A stretch of DNA of 62,077 nt, counting the filler. It is 14 parts of 14 records of this genome, joined end to end, with 100 filler letters (N's around TTAATTAATTAA, not from the genome) between each part and the next. Parts side by side here need not be neighbours in the genome. Positions count along the whole stretch, not along the records: positions 26,274 to 37,555 come from SRR11831586_196; positions 37,656 to 40,554 come from SRR11831586_198; positions 40,655 to 43,501 come from SRR11831586_202; positions 43,602 to 48,260 come from SRR11831586_204; 10 more parts are not named here. One strand, given 5' to 3'. The notes beneath the pieces were generated by a model. It worked only from the letters and a program-made list of their open reading frames with translations, had not been told where the DNA came from and made no database searches. Every line of letters begins with the position of its first letter. The first letter of the stretch is position 1. Shown here in pieces: positions 35,067 to 47,071 of the stretch. Made by a program: the position numbers and the translations under genes.

Positions 35067-36225
35067 AGTGAAATTGGCCGTACCGACATCCGGTGGCTTC
35101 TCCGGGCTGAAATCACTGAATTTGCAGGTCTTCGTGATGATTGCAGCTATCATCGCAATCATGCTGTTCTTTACCTGGACCACCGATGGTGCCTACTTAA
35201 GCGCCCGTAACGTCTCCAACCTGTTACGCCAGACCGCGATTACCGGCATCCTCGCGGTAGGAATGGTGTTCGTCATAATTTCTGCTGAAATCGACCTTTC
35301 CGTCGGCTCAATGATGGGGCTGTTAGGTGGCGTCGCGGCGATTTGTGACGTCTGGTTAGGCTGGCCTTTGCCACTTACCATCATTGTGACGCTGGTTCTG
35401 GGACTGCTTCTCGGTGCCTGGAACGGATGGTGGGTCGCGTACCGTAAAGTCCCTTCATTTATTGTCACCCTCGCGGGCATGTTGGCATTTCGCGGCATAC
35501 TCATTGGCATCACCAACGGCACGACTGTATCCCCCACCAGCGCCGCGATGTCACAAATTGGGCAAAGCTATCTCCCCGCCAGTACCGGCTTCATCATTGG
35601 CGCGCTTGGCTTAATGGCTTTTGTTGGTTGGCAATGGCGCGGAAGAATGCGCCGTCAGGCTTTGGGTTTACAGTCTCCGGCCTCTACCGCAGTAGTCGGT
35701 CGCCAGGCTTTAACCGCTATCATCGTATTAGGCGCAATCTGGCTGTTGAATGATTACCGTGGCGTTCCCACTCCTGTTCTGCTGCTGACGTTGCTGTTAC
35801 TCGGCGGAATGTTTATGGCAACGCGGACGGCATTTGGACGACGCATTTATGCCATCGGCGGCAATCTGGAAGCAGCACGTCTCTCCGGGATTAACGTTGA
35901 ACGCACCAAACTTGCCGTGTTCGCGATTAACGGATTAATGGTAGCCATCGCCGGATTAATCCTTAGTTCTCGACTTGGCGCTGGTTCACCTTCTGCGGGA
36001 AATATCGCCGAACTGGACGCAATTGCAGCATGCGTGATTGGCGGCACCAGCCTGGCTGGCGGTGTGGGAAGCGTTGCCGGAGCAGTAATGGGGGCATTTA
36101 TCATGGCTTCACTGGATAACGGCATGAGTATGATGGATGTACCGACCTTCTGGCAGTATATCGTTAAAGGTGCGATTCTGTTGCTGGCAGTATGGATGGA
36201 CTCCGCAACCAAACGCCGTTCTTGA
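35044..36225 (+). CDS. xylH: Xylose ABC permease
   Basis: [22 protein letters not shown]. Confidence 0.97.
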
Positions 36226-36302
36226 TTTTGATAAAAATTTTCTCAAAGCCGGTTACGTATTACCGGTTTTGAGTTTTTGCATGATTCAGCAGGAAAAGAA
36301 CC

Positions 36303-37481
36303 ATGTTTACTAAACGTCACCGCATCACATTACTGTTCAATGCCAATAAAGCCTATGACCGGCAGGTAGTAGAAGGCGTAGGGGAATATTTACAGGCGTC
36401 ACAATCGGAATGGGATATTTTCATTGAAGAAGATTTCCGCGCCCGCATTGATAAAATCAAGGACTGGTTAGGAGATGGCGTCATTGCCGACTTCGACGAC
36501 AAACAGATCGAGCAAGCGCTGGCTGATGTCGACGTCCCCATTGTTGGGGTTGGCGGCTCGTATCACCTTGCAGAAAGTTACCCACCCGTTCATTACATTG
36601 CCACCGATAACTATGCGCTGGTTGAAAGCGCATTTTTGCATTTAAAAGAGAAAGGCGTTAACCGCTTTGCTTTTTATGGTCTTCCGGAATCAAGCGGCAA
36701 ACGTTGGGCCACTGAGCGCGAATATGCATTTCGTCAGCTTGTCGCCGAAGAAAAGTATCGCGGAGTGGTTTATCAGGGGTTAGAAACCGCGCCAGAGAAC
36801 TGGCAACACGCGCAAAATCGGCTGGCAGACTGGCTACAAACGCTACCACCGCAAACCGGGATTATTGCCGTTACTGACGCCCGAGCGCGGCATATTCTGC
36901 AAGTATGTGAACATCTACATATTCCCGTACCGGAAAAATTATGCGTGATTGGCATCGATAACGAAGAACTGACCCGCTATCTGTCGCGTGTCGCCCTTTC
37001 TTCGGTCGCTCAGGGCGCGCGGCAAATGGGCTATCAGGCGGCAAAACTGTTGCATCGATTATTAGATAAAGAAGAAATGCCGCTACAGCGAATTTTGGTC
37101 CCACCAGTTCGCGTCATTGAACGGCGCTCAACAGATTATCGCTCGCTGACCGATCCCGCCGTTATTCAGGCCATGCATTACATTCGTAATCACGCCTGTA
37201 AAGGGATTAAAGTGGATCAGGTACTGGATGCGGTCGGGATCTCGCGCTCCAATCTTGAGAAGCGTTTTAAAGAAGAGGTGGGTGAAACCATCCATGCCAT
37301 GATTCATGCCGAGAAGCTGGAGAAAGCGCGCAGTCTGCTGATTTCAACCACCTTGTCGATCAATGAGATATCGCAAATGTGCGGTTATCCATCGCTGCAA
37401 TATTTCTACTCTGTTTTTAAAAAAGCATATGACACGACGCCAAAAGAGTATCGCGATGTAAATAGCGAGGTCATGTTGTAG
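36303..37481 (+). CDS. xylR: Xylose activator (PBP-like domain plus AraC HTH)
   Basis: 392 aa with C-terminal AraC HTH. Confidence 0.97.
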   Translation: MFTKRHRITLLFNANKAYDRQVVEGVGEYLQASQSEWDIFIEEDFRARIDKIKDWLGDGVIADFDDKQIEQALADVDVPIVGVGGSYHLAESYPPVHYIATDNYALVESAFLHLKEKGVNRFAFYGLPESSGKRWATEREYAFRQLVAEEKYRGVVYQGLETAPENWQHAQNRLADWLQTLPPQTGIIAVTDARARHILQVCEHLHIPVPEKLCVIGIDNEELTRYLSRVALSSVAQGARQMGYQAAKLLHRLLDKEEMPLQRILVPPVRVIERRSTDYRSLTDPAVIQAMHYIRNHACKGIKVDQVLDAVGISRSNLEKRFKEEVGETIHAMIHAEKLEKARSLLISTTLSINEISQMCGYPSLQYFYSVFKKAYDTTPKEYRDVNSEVML

Positions 37482-37525
37482 CGATGATGAGAATTGTCGG
37501 CGTCACATCAGGTAACGCTGCGTGG

Positions 37526-37555
37526 TTGTCGGATGCGGCGTGAACGCCTTATCCG
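37526..37555. repeat. REP element, truncated at contig end
   Basis: GTCGGATGCGGCGTGAACGCCTTATCCG. Confidence 0.9.
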
Positions 37556-37655
37556 NNNNNNNNNNNNNNNNNNNNNNNNNNNNNNNNNNNNNNNNNNNNT
37601 TAATTAATTAANNNNNNNNNNNNNNNNNNNNNNNNNNNNNNNNNNNNNNNNNNNN

Positions 37656-39239
37656 GTATTGCCAGGTTTGAATGCGAATTTTCCCTCGTGCGCTGATAGC
37701 CTGGACGGCATTGATCAGGATATTCAGTAGTACCTGTTTGAGCAGTTCACGATCGGCGTTAATCGGGCTTAATTCATTATCCAGTTCGCTTATGAAGTCG
37801 ACCCGCGCTTGTACGCCGGCGGTTTGTACCAGTACCAGAGTTTCTTCAACCAATGCATTGAGGCTGACTTGTTGCCATTGACTGTGGCGTGGACGTGAAA
37901 ATTCGAGCAATTGCTGAATAACTTTGTTAATTGAATCGATTTCTTTGAGTACTACGGACAGATATTCCTGATGTATTGGGTCACTGGTTTGTTGGCGCAA
38001 GATCTGTACATAACCACGAATAGCCGTTAACGGATTACGTACTTCATGCGCGACGCCAGCCATCAGCTCACCCAGTGTGGCGAGGCGTTCTGCTTGCGCC
38101 ATGCGGCGCTGGGTTTCTTTGCGGGCAGTTAAATCAGAGAAAATCACCAAAGCACCTATCATTTCACCGTGCGTGTTATGAATACGACTGGTAGTGACAC
38201 TGAGTTCAATGGTGCGGTCACGACCTGGAAAACTGATCTCCAGCGCCACATGTTCGGTGCCATGTTCCAGCGTATCCAGTACTGGACTGTAGAACTGAGT
38301 ATTGTCGAACAACATGGAGTAAGGCTGCCCTACCAGTTCATGGCGTTGATAGCCAGTGATAACTTCTGCTGCTGGGTTCATGGTGGTTACATCACCCTGG
38401 CGGTCAATGGCAATGACGCCATCGGCAGCGTTTTCAATAATCAGATCGTTAAGTGTCCGCGTTTCACGCAGTGCCTGGGCGAGGTTATTAACACTCTGAC
38501 TGATTTGCCCCATTTCACCGGGCAATTGTGGTAATCGAGTGGGAATATTTTGTGCCAGAGTCGAGAGGCCATCGGTGATGATATCAATATTGGCGCTCAG
38601 GCGACGGGAGAAAAGGACAATCAACAGCAGGCTTATCAGCAAACCAGCGGTGAGCACAATGATAATCCTCACATCCATTTTCCAGGCCTGGCGGCGAATA
38701 TCTTCGGTTAATTCATTGGCCCAGATATAGCCGAGGATTTCACCATTACGCTCAATGGGGAGCATTGAATTCAAAATATCGCCGCGCACCTGCCTGCCTG
38801 AATAAACTAAAGGGGTATTTGTACGCATCACTTCGCGACCAGGGTGATCTGCGGCAATGGTAACGCCGACATTATTCTGATATAGCGCTGAAGGCGCGTA
38901 GGTGATTATCGCATCCAGCATTTTGTTGTAATAACCAGCACCGATGCCAGGGAAGGCGTGAGTGATATTTTCGGTAATGGGGGCAAGTTCTGCATTTAAT
39001 GCGCGGATACGCTCCTCACGTGGTAAGTCGATGTAGAGATCATAGCGATCGCCTAGTGCCTGATTAAGCAGGTTGACCACGGCAGAAAGTTTTTTCTCTT
39101 TTTCAGATAAGACTGCTGAACGTCCTTCCGTTTCTACGATATAACCAATAGTAAGCGTTGGGACAATGACCATCAGGATTGCCATCAGGATCATTTGATT
39201 GCGTAAGCGGCGTGGATAAATCCACTTCATATAATGCAT
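37656..39239 (-). CDS. atoS: Sensor histidine kinase AtoS, 3'-truncated
   Basis: PAS domain, AHEVRNPL H-box, NILINAVQA N-box. Confidence 0.95.
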
Positions 39240-39405
39240 GCTGAAATCCACTAGTCTTGTCCGGTATATGACGATTATCAGAGGTTAAGGTGATGATTTC
39301 TCGGCGGTGTATCATATTCCAGAGAAGAGAGAACATTGCGGTAACACGCTTTTACCGCTACCTTAACCACACTCCATCGGTCACCTGAGGCGGAGCTTCG
39401 CCCCT

Positions 39406-40554
39406 TTGAAATACCTTGCTTCTTTTCGTACAACCCTGAAAGCCTCGCGCTACATGTTCAGAGCATTGGCGTTAGTGCTCTGGCTGTTGATTGCTTTTTC
39501 ATCCGTTTTTTACATCGTTAATGCGTTACATCAGCGAGAATCGGAAATTCGTCAGGAATTTAATCTGAGTTCCGATCAGGCTCAGCGCTTTATTCAACGC
39601 ACCTCTGATGTGATGAAAGAGCTGAAGTACATCGCCGAAAATCGCTTATCGGCAGAAAACGGTGTGCTTTCCCCGCGTGGACGAGAAACGCAGGCGGATG
39701 TGCCTGCGTTTGAACCGCTGTTTGCCGACTCCGATTGTTCCGCAATGAGTAACACCTGGCGAGGTTCTCTGGAGTCATTGGCGTGGTTTATGCGCTACTG
39801 GCGCGATAATTTTTCTGCGGCTTACGATCTAAACCGGGTATTTTTAATCGGCAGCGATAACCTCTGCATGGCCAATTTCGGTCTGCGTGATATGCCAGTG
39901 GAACGCGATACCGCGTTGAAAGCTTTGCATGAACGCATCAATAAATATCGAAATGCACCACAAGATGATAGCGGCAGTAACCTCTACTGGATCAGCGAAG
40001 GTCCGCGCCCTGGCGTCGGGTATTTTTACGCGTTGACGCCAGTTTATCTGGCGAACCGGTTGCAGGCGCTTTTGGGTGTCGAGCAGACCATCCGGATGGA
40101 GAACTTTTTCTTACCGGGTACGTTGCCGATGGGGGTTACCATTCTTGATGAAAATGGTCATACCCTGATTTCGCTTACCGGACCAGAAAGTAAAATTAAG
40201 GGCGATCCTCGCTGGATGCAGGAACGCTCCTGGTTTGGCTATACGGAAGGGTTCCGGGAGCTGGTGCTGAAGAAAAATCTGCCACCCTCATCGCTAAGCA
40301 TCGTGTATTCGGTGCCGGTTGATAAGGTGCTGGAACGCATTCGCATGTTGATCCTTAACGCAATTTTGCTGAATGTGCTTGCCGGAGCTGCATTGTTTAC
40401 TCTCGCACGGATGTACGAGCGACGTATTTTCATTCCGGCGGAAAGCGACGCCCTGCGACTGGAAGAACATGAGCAGTTCAATCGCAAGATTGTCGCCTCC
40501 GCGCCAGTGGGTATCTGCATTTTGCGTACCGCTGATGGCGTCAATATTTTAAGT
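39406..40554 (+). CDS. rcsC: Hybrid sensor kinase RcsC, TTG start, 3'-truncated
   Basis: MKYLASFRTTLKASRYMFRAL...; divergent from atoS as in E. coli. Confidence 0.95.
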
Positions 40555-40654
40555 NNNNNNNNNNNNNNNNNNNNNNNNNNNNNNNNNNNNNNNNNNNNTT
40601 AATTAATTAANNNNNNNNNNNNNNNNNNNNNNNNNNNNNNNNNNNNNNNNNNNN

Positions 40655-41749
40655 CAACACCAAGTCAGCTGTCGGCCGTATGTATTATGGTGCAAAGGGC
40701 GATGTACACTTACATTGTGCAGTGGACTGTGACACTGGTTTGCTTGGTGCGTGTGAGATTGGACAGTACACTTGTCATCAGTATACAGTAACATGCGCGC
40801 AGCGGACTTTCCCTTCAAATGAAGTGTGCGATGGTATGTAGTGTAGCTTCACCGTGGTCCGTATTCTTTTCTCAGTTACAGGCGCATTGGGTGAGGGCAG
40901 TTATATATGCTCTTCCTGGTATCAGATGGTATCCCTTCTCATTCTCCCCCGTGTGTGTCTGCGTGTTTGTGTGTAGGGGTCGACAATGACTGCAACGGCA
41001 TCGTCGACTTAGACGACCCGATATACAACACAACATGCACGGTGTCGGGGCTGCACGGTCCTTGCGCCACGGGTCGCTTGTTGTGTATAGACGGCACGTA
41101 TGTGTGTACGCAGACCGTGTACCCGGAACAAGAAATCTGCATAGACAGTACGTGGCATACATACAGTCATGCTGTGCGGTTCTCATGTCCTCATCCAATT
41201 ATGTGATCTCCCACCCATGTGTCGCCTGTGACTATCGATACCGCTCACACCATTCAATGCAACTATCAATTGTTTGCGACAAACCGTCCTGATTGTACCT
41301 GTACTGCGATGCTGTCTACGCATGTTTTTTGCACTTGGTTTCTGCGTCCCTGTACCAATGCACCGATCCGTGAACCACATCATATCGACGTTCCGACATT
41401 GATCACACCTTCATGACCTTAGCCTTTCTTTTTGCTATCCCATCCGTGATTTCCCACACGTGTCTCCGTCTGTCTGTATGCAGGCATTGATAACGACTGC
41501 AACGGTGTTGTGGACGACGGTTGCAACCCTGCTGCGATGAGCTTCACCCTGTACTCGGGAATGGACCACGGTGGCGACGACATCGCATGCTATACGGGCG
41601 TGGACATCTCGTTCTGCTATCAGAAGTGTCTGCACGACCCCAGCTGCCTGGCGTACAACGAGACCCCGTCCCCCAGCAGCCAGTGCTGCTACAAGTTCGT
41701 CGGGTCCCCTCTGGCTGCAGACCCCAGCACTAATATCTACACGTCGTAA
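40655..41749 (+). CDS. Eukaryotic cysteine-rich protein, paralogue 1 (5'-truncated): MopE-like repeats plus C-terminal PAN/apple-like domain; exons 40655-40677, 40723-40833, 40977-41147, 41484-41749
   Basis: Spliced: ...LDCDTGLLGACEIGQYTC...PSNEVCDG|VDNDCNGIVD...GPCATGRLLC...PEQEICIDS|IDNDCNGVVDDGC...GMDHGGDDI...CYQKCLHDPSCLAYN...CCYK...*; all introns GT-AG, phase 1. Confidence 0.75.
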
Positions 41750-43093
41750 GCGCACGATTGCTTGCAGGGGGCTCGCTGCGTTGTGCGTGGAGTCAATGCA
41801 GCTGCGGTCAGGCAGATGTGTATATGAGGCGCTGATAGAGCAGGCCTGGTATGTGCGGATGGGTGAGCGCCTTACGCCATGCATGGCTGTCTGTGGGAAA
41901 TCCGGCGGGCTCACCTAGTCGGAGGGCGTGGGGTCGGGAACGGCTGCAGGCGGGATGAACGCGGCATACCCGATTCGAGGGGAGGGCCTCCGTATTCTAA
42001 CCACGAAGGCAAGTTGTGCAAATGTATCTATATCGTGTGTATATGCACGTTTTTGATCGCGTGTTGTGATCGGGGAACTGAATGTGTTCGAGAGGTGACC
42101 TGGAACGATTCCGTGGTAACCATACAGAGTAATTTTGAGGTTGAATGCCGCTTATCTTATTAACAGGAGTCAATAATATCAGCGGCTGTTCTACGGGCCG
42201 GGTTCGCGTGGCCGTCAGTGTGGTTGCCGTGCTGTTATGATACCACATGGATCGACGCGGTTTGTGATGGTTGTGTTATGACTGTTACCTAACCGTGGAG
42301 CGAGGCTGAGGTGACACGCGGTTCAGACGGGTGATCGGCCCAAGCAGCGCTGCAACAGTTCGGGCTCGAAATGCTATGAATTCCCCCCGGCGTCAAGCAG
42401 AGACTCAAGTCTCCCTACCTCAGTGCCGCCGCCCAGTGAACAACCTGAAATGGAGCGACGATGGGGTGCGCTGCCGTGTGTGACGGTACGTTTCCGGTGA
42501 CGACTATGGGCTGCTCACAGTCTGCGGGATGTTGCGTAGGGAAACCAGCTCTGCGGAGGCAGGGGCAGGTGCTTAGCTTGCGACTTGAATGTGACATGCA
42601 CGTACCGGCGCGTGTCAACACCCTCATCTCTAATATCTCCATAGATCTCTCTCTAGCTAGAGCTATCGATATCACTCCTGTGCGTCATGTATCACTGCCC
42701 TTGTACGGAACACCGGGCACCAATCGAATAGGATAGAGCACGTGGCAGTATAACGAATGAACACAGTGTTACATCGATCCACTTCTCTCCACACGTCCTC
42801 ATAACAGTCCCAGTGCTTTGTCAGAGTTTACAGCAGTGCCTGCTCTGAGCTCTTTTTCATCCCCTTCCTGCAAGTGGATGCATGATGGGCTGTGATAGAT
42901 CCGATGATGTGATGTGGCAAGGGTTAGGGCACGGCTTGTGATTTAGACCATGCTTGGTACGGATCGGGCCTGTCGCGAGCCCAAAGAGGATGCACGCCCG
43001 CACATTAGACGCTCACAACTTAGCAGAGATCTCACCGTATTTGGGCCACACTGCACACACTGTAGGCATGTGCCGATAGGCAGAGAGGAACGC

Positions 43094-43487
43094 ATGAGAT
43101 ACGCCGTGTCTCTCGTCTGCTTTTTCATCTTAGCGCTGTCCCACGCATGGGCGGCTAATGTGTGTCACTGGGATGAAGCGATGATGTCTTTCAGCCCCAT
43201 TTCCGTCCCACAGTCCTCTGTTAATGACCATCTTTGTCACGGAGATATACTTGTGAAGAATCCAAAAAATTGCGTCTACTTCAATGATGCCTGTGAAACG
43301 TCTGATGTAACAGGATGTACGTGTTTAGATTCTATATATCTCATGTATCAGAAGCGCTAATGATCCTGAGTAGGGCCCTGTGATTCGGGTATTGCCGGTG
43401 CCTGTAGCAGCGGAAAGTATACGTGCGTGAACGGTTATACGGCACAGTGCAATCAGGATGTCTGGCCTACCGTGGAAATATGTGATG
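43094..43487 (+). CDS. Eukaryotic secreted cysteine-rich protein, paralogue 2 (3'-truncated); exons 43094-43316, 43374-43487
   Basis: Signal peptide MRYAVSLVCFFILALSHAWA; second exon WPCDSGIAGACSSGKYTC...PTVEICDG then a GTATGC donor; same intron placement as paralogue 1. Confidence 0.75.
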
Positions 43488-43601
43488 GTATGCTTTGTTT
43501 CNNNNNNNNNNNNNNNNNNNNNNNNNNNNNNNNNNNNNNNNNNNNTTAATTAATTAANNNNNNNNNNNNNNNNNNNNNNNNNNNNNNNNNNNNNNNNNNN
43601 N

Positions 43602-43985
43602 CATTTCCAGTTGCTGATCAGGATGCACGGCGTCCATCTCAGCGTGTTCCCCGAGGCTGAATACGGCGTTCGCCAGCCAGCGCCAGTTGGCGCGCGGGCG
43701 AATCACTTCGATATCGCAGCCGACTTCGCCTTCATCACTCAACAGCAGGGCGATATCGTCACCGCTATGGCTTAAGTTGAACCATAGCGGCATTTCCGGC
43801 GCAAATGCAGGTTTGCCTTGTTCGCCATAGATGATCTCCGGTAGCGGGGAAAGCGTGTGCGAAAGCAATGCACGCCCCGCCAGCCAGCGTTCGCGTCGTG
43901 GACCTTGCGGTGCTTGCTCGCGTAAACCCGGTGGCAGTGGAGCTGCGCTTAAGGTCGAAACTTTCCCCAGAACTATCCGATACAT
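43602..43985 (-). CDS. acpT: 4'-phosphopantetheinyl transferase AcpT, 3'-truncated
   Basis: FNLSHSG, VGCDIE. Confidence 0.93.
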
Positions 43986-44039
43986 ATCAGGGCCAACGTT
44001 TAATGGAAAATGAAAGTGCGTATCGTATCACTTGTCGCC

Positions 44040-45089
44040 TCATCCCGGTAACCGACTTTTCGGTCTGCCCGGCCCCAGTAAAATCGCCAGTTTGCTACCG
44101 CCTTTGGTGGTTTCCATCCAGATTTTACACACGCTGGTTAATGGCACCGAAAGTAGCATCCCTACCGGGCCGAGCAGCCATCCCCAAATTAACAATGAAA
44201 GAAATACCACCATGGTGGACATCCCCAGGCGATGGCCCATCATCCGTGGTTCTAAAATATTGCCGATGACCATATGGACCACTAAAAACAATGCGCCGAC
44301 CAGAATACATTCGTAAACACCATTAAACAGCAGCACCTGAATCATTGGCGGTACGGCGGAAATTACCGCGCCGATATTGGGCACGTAGTTGAGCAAAAAC
44401 GCCAGTACTGCCCACATCAGCGCAAACTGCACCCCCATCAGCTCCAGCCCCAGCCAGACGATGACACCTGTCCATAAACTGAGTAGCGTCTTCAATGCAA
44501 GATAGTGCGAAACGCCTTTAAGTGCGCGGTGTAATCCCGCGATGTGAATCTGTGGATTATTCAGCGCAAAACGCATTTTGTAAGGGACGTGGCGCACTTC
44601 AAACAGCATAAAAACTACGGTCATCACCAGCAAAAGCACGCTCGCCATTGCCCCGGAAAGCCCGGTCATTAGCGCTGTGGTGAAGGTAACCACTTTTTCC
44701 GAGTCCATCCGCTGCAGCATTCGCTCCGGCGACATATGCAAATTAAGAAAAGGCAACATCTCCTGCAATTTAAAAAGTTTGCGCGTCAGCTCCTTATTAA
44801 ACTTCGGCAGCATAGAGATAAATTCGTTAAACGATGCCGCCAGTACGCCGACCAGCGCGGTTAGTGCGATCAGCATCACCACCACTACAATCGTAATGGC
44901 AACGGGGCGTTGTACTCCCCGACGAATAAACCAGGTGACGAGCGGGTTGAGGACGATGGCAAAAAACAGCGCCAGTAACAGCTGCACAATGATATCTGCC
45001 GCTGCGTGAATGCCCGCGAGGATCACTACCAGCGAGGCCAGCTTGAGCAGAATGTGCATGCCCGTTTTATCGGGTTGAGGGGTTTCCAT
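44040..45089 (-). CDS. yhhT: AI-2E family transporter YhhT
   Basis: LNYVPNIG, NILEPRMMG motifs. Confidence 0.92.
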   Translation of the reverse strand: METPQPDKTGMHILLKLASLVVILAGIHAAADIIVQLLLALFFAIVLNPLVTWFIRRGVQRPVAITIVVVVMLIALTALVGVLAASFNEFISMLPKFNKELTRKLFKLQEMLPFLNLHMSPERMLQRMDSEKVVTFTTALMTGLSGAMASVLLLVMTVVFMLFEVRHVPYKMRFALNNPQIHIAGLHRALKGVSHYLALKTLLSLWTGVIVWLGLELMGVQFALMWAVLAFLLNYVPNIGAVISAVPPMIQVLLFNGVYECILVGALFLVVHMVIGNILEPRMMGHRLGMSTMVVFLSLLIWGWLLGPVGMLLSVPLTSVCKIWMETTKGGSKLAILLGPGRPKSRLPG

Positions 45090-45220
45090 TGGGGCTTCCT
45101 TGTGACTTTTTGTATTAAGTGTAGCGGGAGTCACGCCAGCAATATTCTGATTCTTACTGCTGATTTTCACGTCAGCACGTGGTAAAAATGAAACACTGTT
45201 GTAAAAATGTGGTGATCCTC

Positions 45221-46438
45221 ATGCCCGAACCCGTAGCCGAACCCGCGCTAAACGGATTGCGCCTGAATTTGCGCATTGTCTCTATAGTCATGTTTAACTT
45301 CGCCAGCTACCTCACCATCGGGTTGCCGCTCGCTGTATTACCGGGCTATGTCCATGATGTGATGGGCTTTAGCGCCTTCTGGGCAGGATTGGTTATCAGC
45401 CTGCAATATTTCGCCACCTTGCTGAGCCGCCCTCATGCCGGACGTTACGCCGATTCGCTGGGACCCAAAAAGATTGTCGTCTTCGGTTTATGCGGCTGCT
45501 TTTTGAGCGGTCTGGGGTATCTGACGGCAGGATTAACCGCCAGTCTGCCTGTCATCAGCCTGTTATTACTTTGCCTGGGGCGCGTCATCCTTGGGATTGG
45601 GCAAAGTTTTGCCGGAACGGGATCGACCCTATGGGGCGTTGGCGTGGTTGGCTCGCTGCATATCGGGCGGGTGATTTCGTGGAACGGCATTGTCACTTAC
45701 GGGGCGATGGCGATGGGTGCGCCGTTAGGCGTCGTGTTTTATCACTGGGGCGGCTTGCAGGCGTTAGCGTTAATCATTATGGGCGTGGCGCTGGTGGCCA
45801 TTTTGTTGGCGATCCCGCGTCCGACGGTAAAAGCCAGTAAAGGCAAACCGCTGCCGTTTCGCGCGGTGCTTGGGCGCGTCTGGCTGTACGGTATGGCGCT
45901 GGCACTGGCTTCCGCCGGATTTGGCGTCATCGCCACCTTTATCACGCTGTTTTATGACGCTAAAGGTTGGGACGGTGCGGCTTTCGCGCTGACGCTGTTT
46001 AGCTGTGCGTTTGTCGGTACGCGTTTGTTATTCCCTAACGGCATTAACCGTATCGGTGGCTTAAACGTAGCGATGATTTGCTTTAGCGTTGAGATAATCG
46101 GCCTGCTACTGGTTGGCGTGGCGACTATGCCGTGGATGGCGAAAATCGGCGTCTTACTGGCGGGGGCCGGGTTTTCGCTGGTGTTCCCGGCATTGGGTGT
46201 AGTGGCGGTAAAAGCGGTTCCGCAGCAAAATCAGGGGGCGGCGCTGGCAACTTACACCGTATTTATGGATTTATCGCTTGGCGTGACTGGACCACTGGCT
46301 GGGCTGGTGATGAGCTGGGCGGGCGTACCGGTGATTTATCTGGCGGCGGCGGGACTGGTCGCAATCGCGTTATTACTGACGTGGCGATTAAAAAAACGGC
46401 CTCCGGAACACGTCCCTGAGGCCGCCTCATCATCTTAA
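45221..46438 (+). CDS. yhhS: MFS transporter YhhS
   Basis: Multi-TM MFS, GRYADSLG motif; synteny. Confidence 0.92.
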   Translation: MPEPVAEPALNGLRLNLRIVSIVMFNFASYLTIGLPLAVLPGYVHDVMGFSAFWAGLVISLQYFATLLSRPHAGRYADSLGPKKIVVFGLCGCFLSGLGYLTAGLTASLPVISLLLLCLGRVILGIGQSFAGTGSTLWGVGVVGSLHIGRVISWNGIVTYGAMAMGAPLGVVFYHWGGLQALALIIMGVALVAILLAIPRPTVKASKGKPLPFRAVLGRVWLYGMALALASAGFGVIATFITLFYDAKGWDGAAFALTLFSCAFVGTRLLFPNGINRIGGLNVAMICFSVEIIGLLLVGVATMPWMAKIGVLLAGAGFSLVFPALGVVAVKAVPQQNQGAALATYTVFMDLSLGVTGPLAGLVMSWAGVPVIYLAAAGLVAIALLLTWRLKKRPPEHVPEAASSS

Positions 46439-46441
46439 AAC

Positions 46442-46999
46442 TTACTGAATAACCAGCGTATTAATGATGTTTTCTGCGGTGGTCTGCGCTTTTTGCTGAT
46501 CGTCAGCGGGCAGCGTAATTTGCATGGTCAGCAGTTGATTACCCACGTTACCCAGAATAACGGAAGAGTACGCCGTCTGGCCTTTCGCGGAGATAATACT
46601 GTCTAACTGCTGCATTTTGTGACCTTTCAGCTCAATGGCTTTATTGGTTACCACTTGCAGCTGCGGATCGCGGCTACGTTGCTGATCTTCCAGACGCTTC
46701 GCCAGCACCGCCAGATCTTCTTTCGGATCATCGCCCATGATGACGATGACTGCTTTCTGCCCGGTGGCGTCGGACCAGACATGCATGTTATTGGCCTGCG
46801 TTCCCAGCTTACCGCTCTGGTCGGTCATATCCGCTGGCAGCGAGAAACTTAACTTGCCATCAAGCAGGTTGACGGGATTCCCGGTAGCGTTACTTTCCGC
46901 GACCGAACCCTGCGCCGTAGCGTTAGTGTCTTTATCATCACAGGCCGCAAGCCCCATAACCAGCAGGCCAATTCCGACATATTTAACCAGATTGCGCAT
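46442..46999 (-). CDS. dcrB: Lipoprotein DcrB
   Basis: Lipobox LAAC; synteny. Confidence 0.93.
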
Positions 47000-47071
47000 T
47001 GACTTCTTCCTTTCGATAAACGGCCATAACGGCTCATTCATCCATCTTATCACAACTCTGATAACGAACCT

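Noticed and set aside
41750-43093. Short ORFs between the two Cys-rich paralogues
   Set aside because: No recognisable motifs or consistent exon chain; treated as UTR or intergenic sequence.
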